This document shows positions 35,196 to 39,816 of a stretch of 39,816 nucleotides of DNA, piece after piece (within the stretch, counting starts at the first letter, position 1; each line of letters opens with the position of its first letter). The notes beneath the pieces were generated by a model that ran no database searches, had not been told where the DNA came from, and saw only the letters and a list, made by a program, of their open reading frames with translations. The DNA lies in the IMG/VR virus record IMGVR_UViG_3300031965_000479, positions 1 through 39,816 of that record; one strand, written 5' to 3'. Origin of the DNA: a virus (Duplodnaviria; Caudoviricetes). The position numbers and the translations under genes were made by a program.

Positions 35196-35512
35196 CGGCG
35201 CACCTGGAACTTCACGTCGCCGTGCCAGGGGCGGCCTGACCAGCGCAGGCGCACGGCAACTGAAGTCGGCGTGCGGATGATGTCAAAGGTCGCGTCGTCG
35301 TCTTCGCGGCTGACCATCGACACTTCCATGTCCCCGGGGCCGCGCACCGACAGCAGCGGCGCATCTTCCGTGAAGTAGACTTCTGCGGTCAGCTCATCGG
35401 CCGACGCCTGTAGAGTCTCGGCGTACAGGACCGCCGCGCCCTCGACCACTTCCAGCGATTCCGCCGTGCCGCAACCGACCGCCAACATCAGGAACAGTGC
35501 AATTCGCTTCAT
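35192..35512 (-). CDS. Lipoprotein
   Basis: MKRIALFLMLAVGC lipobox. Confidence 0.6.
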   Translation of the reverse strand: MKRIALFLMLAVGCGTAESLEVVEGAAVLYAETLQASADELTAEVYFTEDAPLLSVRGPGDMEVSMVSREDDDATFDIIRTPTSVAVRLRWSGRPWHGDVKFQVRR

Positions 35513-35673
35513 GACAAAACCCCCAAGTTCGAGCCGTCGACAATTCCGTAAGCGCCGTTGCTCCAACGCACGATGCAGTGGACTCCGCCGCGAATGACCT
35601 CCACGAACACGCCGGCGCGACCGACCAGCTTCCAGTCGTTTCCGAGGTACCAGATGCGCGCCCCGCGGGTCAC
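35509..35673 (-). CDS. Small SH3-like hypothetical protein (54 aa)
   Basis: Manual translation VTRGARIWYLG..GVFVEV..IVRWSNG..; overlaps both neighbours. Confidence 0.5.
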   Translation of the reverse strand: MTRGARIWYLGNDWKLVGRAGVFVEVIRGGVHCIVRWSNGAYGIVDGSNLGVLS

Positions 35674-35849
35674 AGCGACACCCGAAGGCTCACGGTGATC
35701 TGCTCGGGCATCTCACAGACCGGCGCGCCATCCTCGCGGGTCACCGGAGGCAGGATCGGCTCGCTGCCGTAGGCGAGGTCCTCAGTGACCGTCGGCACGA
35801 TGGCCTGGAAGTCGTGGCGGGTCTTGCGGCCGGTGCGTCGATTCTTCAT
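35670..35849 (-). CDS. First gene of early operon (59 aa)
   Basis: GGGAGG SD, MKNRRTGRK.. Confidence 0.55.
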   Translation of the reverse strand: MKNRRTGRKTRHDFQAIVPTVTEDLAYGSEPILPPVTREDGAPVCEMPEQITVSLRVSL

Positions 35850-35859
35850 CTCGTCCTCC

Positions 35860-35893
35860 CGTTCAATATGCGTTCAGTAGACGTTCAATGCAA
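35860..35893 (-). promoter_or_regulatory. Early promoter with three TGAACG operator repeats
   Basis: TTGCAT-17-CATATT, upstream T-tract; CGTTCA at 35860, 35871, 35882. Confidence 0.65.
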
Positions 35894-35910
35894 GGGCAAA
35901 AAAAAGGGAC

Positions 35911-36096
35911 TCAGTCGTCCTGGTCGCCGAAAGCTGCAGCTTCGTAGCGCTTCGAGGCTTGGCCGTCGCAGTAGCCCTCATGCTCCTCCTCGCGGGTCCA
36001 CGCCGCCCGCAGCGGGGCGCAAGCATTGTCGGTCCCATCGCTCTGGATGCCGTGGATCTCGTCCGCGCCGCAGTGGTAACAGCCCGTCGTTTTCAT
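35911..36096 (-). CDS. Small hypothetical protein (probably leaderless)
   Basis: CYHC; ATG 7 nt after putative -10. Confidence 0.5.
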   Translation of the reverse strand: MKTTGCYHCGADEIHGIQSDGTDNACAPLRAAWTREEEHEGYCDGQASKRYEAAAFGDQDD

Positions 36097-36103
36097 GAAC
36101 CTG

Positions 36104-36132
36104 ACAGTGCCAGACGTTCACGAGACGTTCAA
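36104..36132 (-). promoter_or_regulatory. Promoter with two TGAACGTCT repeats
   Basis: TTGAAC-17-CACTGT; AGACGTTCA at 36112 and 36123. Confidence 0.5.
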
Positions 36133-36142
36133 GAACTTTCTT

Positions 36143-36583
36143 TCAGTCCACGACGCCGGCGGGCCAAGTCCATGAAAGCTTGGGAAAATCGGCACGCACG
36201 CGGTCCGCGAGCCACCGCGGGCAGGGGGTCGTGCCGTTCATGTAGCCGGTCAATGACGAGGGCGCGATACGCAGCGAGTTCTTGCAATAGGCGCGCGCGG
36301 AGCCCCACCGGGGGTCGTTCGCGATCGCGGAAAGCAGCTCGTTGTGCGCGGCTGTGAGTGCCACGGCGCGCCCCCGCCGCGCGAGTTGGTCTTGGGTCAT
36401 CGCCTTATCTTGAACGTCTGGCGAACGACTGTCCATCAAAGACTCCAGCTTGCGCGCGGTGATTCGCCAGAGTTCCGCCTGGTGCGCGGCCACGGCCGCC
36501 GCGTCCGTGTCCCCGCGGGCGACGGCGGCCTCGGCATCGGCGTCCAGCGCGACGGCGCGCGCGCGAAGGTCTTCGGGGGTCAC
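36143..36583 (-). CDS. HTH (Cro/XRE-like) regulator; internal start at 36400 possible
   Basis: SARAYCKNSLRIAPSSLTGYMNG..CP..LADRV HTH pattern. Confidence 0.6.
   Translation of the reverse strand: MTPEDLRARAVALDADAEAAVARGDTDAAAVAAHQAELWRITARKLESLMDSRSPDVQDKAMTQDQLARRGRAVALTAAHNELLSAIANDPRWGSARAYCKNSLRIAPSSLTGYMNGTTPCPRWLADRVRADFPKLSWTWPAGVVD
36407..36435 (-). promoter_or_regulatory. Intragenic promoter/operator before ATG 36400
   Basis: TGGACA-17-CAAGAT, 6 nt to ATG; TGAACGTCT and CGAACGACT at 36411 and 36422 in inverted orientation. Confidence 0.45.
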
Positions 36584-36630
36584 GTCGCGGAAGGTAGCAC
36601 GCGGAGACGGCTTGCGTTAAAAACGACGCA

Positions 36631-36885
36631 ATGAAAGACTGGGTCTTCGTGTTGGTAGCCGACGTCGTCCTGCTTTTGCGCCTTCGCCTTCGGCGGATCG
36701 CCTTCTTATGCCTGGTTCCGCGCGCGGAACGAGAAGAGCGCTGGTGGAACGCGAAACTCGAACACGGAAGATTTCACGGCGGGCAATGGGTGCCGAATTC
36801 CGAGGAATCCGACGTCTACGTCGACCAACTGGCCTACGTGCTCACCGGGGCGCCGTCGAAGTACTCCTGGCGCTCGCCCCGGTGA
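36631..36885 (+). CDS. Hypothetical protein (divergent)
   Basis: Plus-strand ORF in gap, preceded by TTGCGT..ACGCAA palindrome; start uncertain. Confidence 0.35.
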   Translation: MKDWVFVLVADVVLLLRLRLRRIAFLCLVPRAEREERWWNAKLEHGRFHGGQWVPNSEESDVYVDQLAYVLTGAPSKYSWRSPR

Positions 36886-36986
36886 GCACGTAGGCCGGCG
36901 AGCGCTTCATCGACGGTCCAGACTTCATGCAGCGAGCCGCGTTGGCCCCGGTAGCGCGCGTGCCAGGTGGCCTGCGCTGGCGACAT
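36834..36986 (-). CDS. Small ORF resembling a VRR-NUC C-terminal fragment
   Basis: SPAQATWHARYRG..VWTVDEAL. Confidence 0.3.
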   Translation of the reverse strand: MSPAQATWHARYRGQRGSLHEVWTVDEALAGLRAHRGERQEYFDGAPVST

Positions 36987-36999
36987 TCGCCCGCCCGCC

Positions 37000-37230
37000 T
37001 CACCGGTAGACCACCGCGCAAGGGTTCGTGTCGTCCTCACGCAGCGCCGCTGCTTTCTCGGCCAGCGCCTGGATCACCTGCTCTAGGCGCCAGTCTTCGA
37101 GAGCTTCCTGGTCGATGAGCTTGGCCAGGGCCAGCCTCATGCGAGCCCGTCGGAAGTCGTCGACGCCGAGTCGCATCTGCGCCAGGCGCTGCGCGGTCTG
37201 GATTTCGTCGAGCGCTTCCGCTGCGGTCAT
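37000..37230 (-). CDS. Hypothetical protein
   Basis: ATGA overlap with endolysin. Confidence 0.5.
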   Translation of the reverse strand: MTAAEALDEIQTAQRLAQMRLGVDDFRRARMRLALAKLIDQEALEDWRLEQVIQALAEKAAALREDDTNPCAVVYR

Positions 37231-37643
37231 ACGTTCTCGCTGCCGACTCCGGTTCCACGCCAGCGTCGGAGATGGCCGTCGGCCGCCTTGAGCGTGTCGA
37301 CGTGAATCCACGTCTGGTACTGGCCGACACCGCCGAGTTTGGGTAACGCCTTCGCGCCCCACATGACCAGGATCAGCGCGTGCAACTCCGCGACGGAGAT
37401 GGACATCGGTCGCAGGTCTACGCCGGCGGCGTCCAGGTGGGTCGATTTCTTTGCCCCGCCAACACGGCGATTCCATTCCTGACTGCGCCATCCCGAGATG
37501 ACGGCCAACGGTCCTGCGCGCTCGCGGATGGGCTGACAGACGCCGTCGACAAGCTCCTGAAGGTTGTTCAGGTAAATGTCGGGGACCTCGGTGCCATCGT
37601 GGCAGTCGAACTCCGACCGGTCGAAATTGTGCGAGATTTTCAC
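37227..37643 (-). CDS. Endolysin, peptidase M15A family
   Basis: HNFDRSEFDCHDG, ISGWRS..NRRVGGA..STH..A.DL, IHVD. Confidence 0.92.
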   Translation of the reverse strand: MKISHNFDRSEFDCHDGTEVPDIYLNNLQELVDGVCQPIRERAGPLAVISGWRSQEWNRRVGGAKKSTHLDAAGVDLRPMSISVAELHALILVMWGAKALPKLGGVGQYQTWIHVDTLKAADGHLRRWRGTGVGSENV

Positions 37644-37927
37644 GATTTACCGCCGAAACCTGGAAGTTTTTTCACTAACTGGAGCAGGGCGTCCCCAAGC
37701 GTCGGCATCGGGAGCCACGGCAGGATCATGCCGCCGACAGCCTCTTTCCACTCGTTCCACGGAATCTTTCCGGTCCACAGCATCGCCATGATGAACAACG
37801 TCACAGCCGCTGAGGCCGCTGTGCCGATCGCGAAAGATCCTTGGGATGACGGTAGCGACGACGAGGCCGGCGATGGCGCAGAAGAAGAGCCTTCGACCGA
37901 TGTCTTCGGGATGATTTCGTCTGACAT
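37640..37927 (-). CDS. Holin candidate
   Basis: Hydrophobic segments, basic C-terminus, overlaps endolysin start. Confidence 0.6.
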   Translation of the reverse strand: MSDEIIPKTSVEGSSSAPSPASSSLPSSQGSFAIGTAASAAVTLFIMAMLWTGKIPWNEWKEAVGGMILPWLPMPTLGDALLQLVKKLPGFGGKS

Positions 37928-37953
37928 GCATTGTCTGCCCTTTCGATGGACGT

Positions 37954-38346
37954 CTACGTTTTCAGGTTATCTTCGGCCATCGCCAGGCACGCGGCGAAGA
38001 GCTGCCTTTCGGCCTTCTTGCGAAAGACGACGGAATCCGTTACGGCGAAGACGGTATGCGATCTGTCCATGGCCAGCTCGAGCACGTCAGCGGTACATGT
38101 CAGCGCTCGAAATTCGACCATGGCCACGGGCTCCCCCGTATCCCTCTTTAGGGACGCGATGATATTCCCGCGAAGCTCGCCGCCCGGGGCGGACGGATCC
38201 TTGCATCGCACCTTCACTTCCTCCCAGGTCTCGCGCGCAATCTTCGCGGACGCGTCCGCGCTTCCCGACAGCACAAGGATCCTTGCCCCGTCGTTCCGAT
38301 AAAGTCGCTTGCAAAGCTTTTCTGCGGTCCAAGTCGTTTCGCTCAT
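37954..38346 (-). CDS. Hypothetical protein
   Basis: 130 aa between tailspike and holin. Confidence 0.55.
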   Translation of the reverse strand: MSETTWTAEKLCKRLYRNDGARILVLSGSADASAKIARETWEEVKVRCKDPSAPGGELRGNIIASLKRDTGEPVAMVEFRALTCTADVLELAMDRSHTVFAVTDSVVFRKKAERQLFAACLAMAEDNLKT

Positions 38347-38361
38347 TTTTCCCCGTCCCTC

Positions 38362-39816
38362 TTACAAGTTGCCTGTTGAAACCCACGTACCTGGCGTCCC
38401 AGCTGCCGTGCAAAGCCAGCTTTTCGGCTGGCCCACTGACGGAGCGCTGTTCTTGCATTCGTCGCCGCGTCCATGCGTCCCTGTCGTAGGCGCGGCGGTT
38501 CCCATGAAGGTTCGGCATCCGCCGCTCGCGCCGTCGGGTCCGACGAGGAAGCCCTGCGGAAAGAACATGTAACCTTCGCCATGCTTGGGAAAGTTCGGCG
38601 CGGTCAGGACGTAGGCTGTTTCCGACGACTCGCGGACATGCGCCCATCCCGGCCAGTCGGGCACGAAGATGTGTCGCCAGGTTTTGTCAACAGCGACGTA
38701 TCCACCGCCGTAGAACGCAGACCCATCGCCGCCGTACTCGAAGGCGCGTTGCCCGACAGCCGGAGCGAAAAAGACTTTCGCCCGGTCCTTTAAGTCGTTC
38801 CAGCGCTTGTGATTGTCGATGATTCCGGTGCCTAGGTCGACGTTCCCGGTCGAGACAGTGTCGACACTATGGGCGCGCCACGTGCACGAGCCGTCGGTAA
38901 AATTGGAATCAGTCGGGTCCTCTCCGGTACGAAAAAATGCCTTACGCGTTGGCTCTGACGCTCCTGACGTGCCCGCAACGATGCACTTGTACACGTAGCC
39001 GTCCGCAACCGTAGGAACGTGAACCGAATCCAGGGCGTAGGCCGTGAGCGCCTGCCATGTCGAAGGCGGGTCGGTACCGGCGCCATAGTGCCCCGAGAGG
39101 CCATCGGCGATCGTGCCGCGAAGGACGGTCGCGTATCCGACGATCACCGACGACGGGGCCCCGGCCTCCTCGTAACAGTCTTCGAACGTGGCGCCACCAA
39201 CCCCTGAGGTCGAGCGGTAGTGTCCAGAATCGTTGTCCCTGGAGTGCCAGCCTTTGTGGACGTTGCGCAGGTCGGCGTCGTCCCATACCGCGTAGCCACG
39301 GCAGTCGACGGCAGAATTGACGCCGTAGGTTGCGCACGCGTTGGCGTCGTTGCCTAGCATGAAAAGACCGGACCCGCCGGCCTTGCCAAGGTTGCACGAT
39401 TCGATTTCGATTAGGTTGGCCGTGCGAGCCGGAGTGTAGAAGACATTGGAATTGACATTGATCTGGTTGCCTGGGAATCCGAACACGGTGCATCTCCGCA
39501 CCTTCGAAAAGGCGGAACGCATGTCGATCCCGTGTGATTCGAACAGGCGCCAGATCACGCCATTGTCGTTGATGTCAGCGAAACGCCATGTCCCGCCGCT
39601 TGTGTAGGCGCCGTTTCCAACCGACGCGTCCAGAGTGAACTCAGTAGACGAGGTGACAGTGATTGTCCATGTGCCGTTGGCCGCGGTGTTGCCTCCTACG
39701 CCGGTGATCGTGACTTGCTTGCCGGTCGATAGGTTGTGGGATGTGCCGTAGGCGATCTTGATTGGGGTGGCGTTCGTGGCGCCTGTGATCGGACCTGTGA
39801 ACGGGTATGTCGCCGG
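38362..39816 (-). CDS. Tailspike/receptor-binding protein, 3' part
   Basis: In frame with 1..688; WQALTAY..YKCIVAGTSGASEP module; C-terminal APTTGTHGRGD..WLCTAAGTPGTW typical of phage spikes. Confidence 0.8.
   Translation of the reverse strand, partial: PATYPFTGPITGATNATPIKIAYGTSHNLSTGKQVTITGVGGNTAANGTWTITVTSSTEFTLDASVGNGAYTSGGTWRFADINDNGVIWRLFESHGIDMRSAFSKVRRCTVFGFPGNQINVNSNVFYTPARTANLIEIESCNLGKAGGSGLFMLGNDANACATYGVNSAVDCRGYAVWDDADLRNVHKGWHSRDNDSGHYRSTSGVGGATFEDCYEEAGAPSSVIVGYATVLRGTIADGLSGHYGAGTDPPSTWQALTAYALDSVHVPTVADGYVYKCIVAGTSGASEPTRKAFFRTGEDPTDSNFTDGSCTWRAHSVDTVSTGNVDLGTGIIDNHKRWNDLKDRAKVFFAPAVGQRAFEYGGDGSAFYGGGYVAVDKTWRHIFVPDWPGWAHVRESSETAYVLTAPNFPKHGEGYMFFPQGFLVGPDGASGGCRTFMGTAAPTTGTHGRGDECKNSAPSVGQPKSWLCTAAGTPGTWVSTGNL
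39690..39816. repeat. Terminal direct repeat, right copy
   Basis: Identical to 1-127. Confidence 0.95.

Noticed and set aside
39690-39816. 127-bp terminal repeat as a biological DTR
   Set aside because: Length equals a standard assembler k-mer and it falls mid-gene; it indicates circularity only

Overview
The window is an apparently complete, circularly assembled temperate phage genome of about 39,689 bp. Bases 1-127 repeat exactly at 39690-39816, a k-mer overlap. It is high-GC and almost all genes lie on the minus strand. The virion module is podovirus-like: TerL, portal, scaffold, major capsid, adaptor, nozzle, two ejection proteins, a fibre and an origin-spanning tailspike, with no tape measure or sheath. 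It also encodes a holin and M15 endolysin with a distant u-spanin, a tyrosine integrase, Bet recombinase, MazG-like pyrophosphatase, replication initiator with a G39P-like partner, Dam methylase, three HNH endonucleases and long chains of translationally coupled small Cys-rich ORFs. A Gram-negative host, possibly Myxococcota-like, is inferred and not proven. The most unusual signal is a layer of RNA-level control: a full tRNA-Arg(CCU) embedded in frame in an HNH gene behind a P4-CI/c4-like hairpin, a mini tRNA-like cloverleaf and terminator ahead of the integrase, and a long hairpin that sequesters the capsid RBS. Also notable are leaderless promoters with 11-bp-phased operators and patchwork genes built from fragments of neighbours. 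All calls are by eye; no database searches were run.
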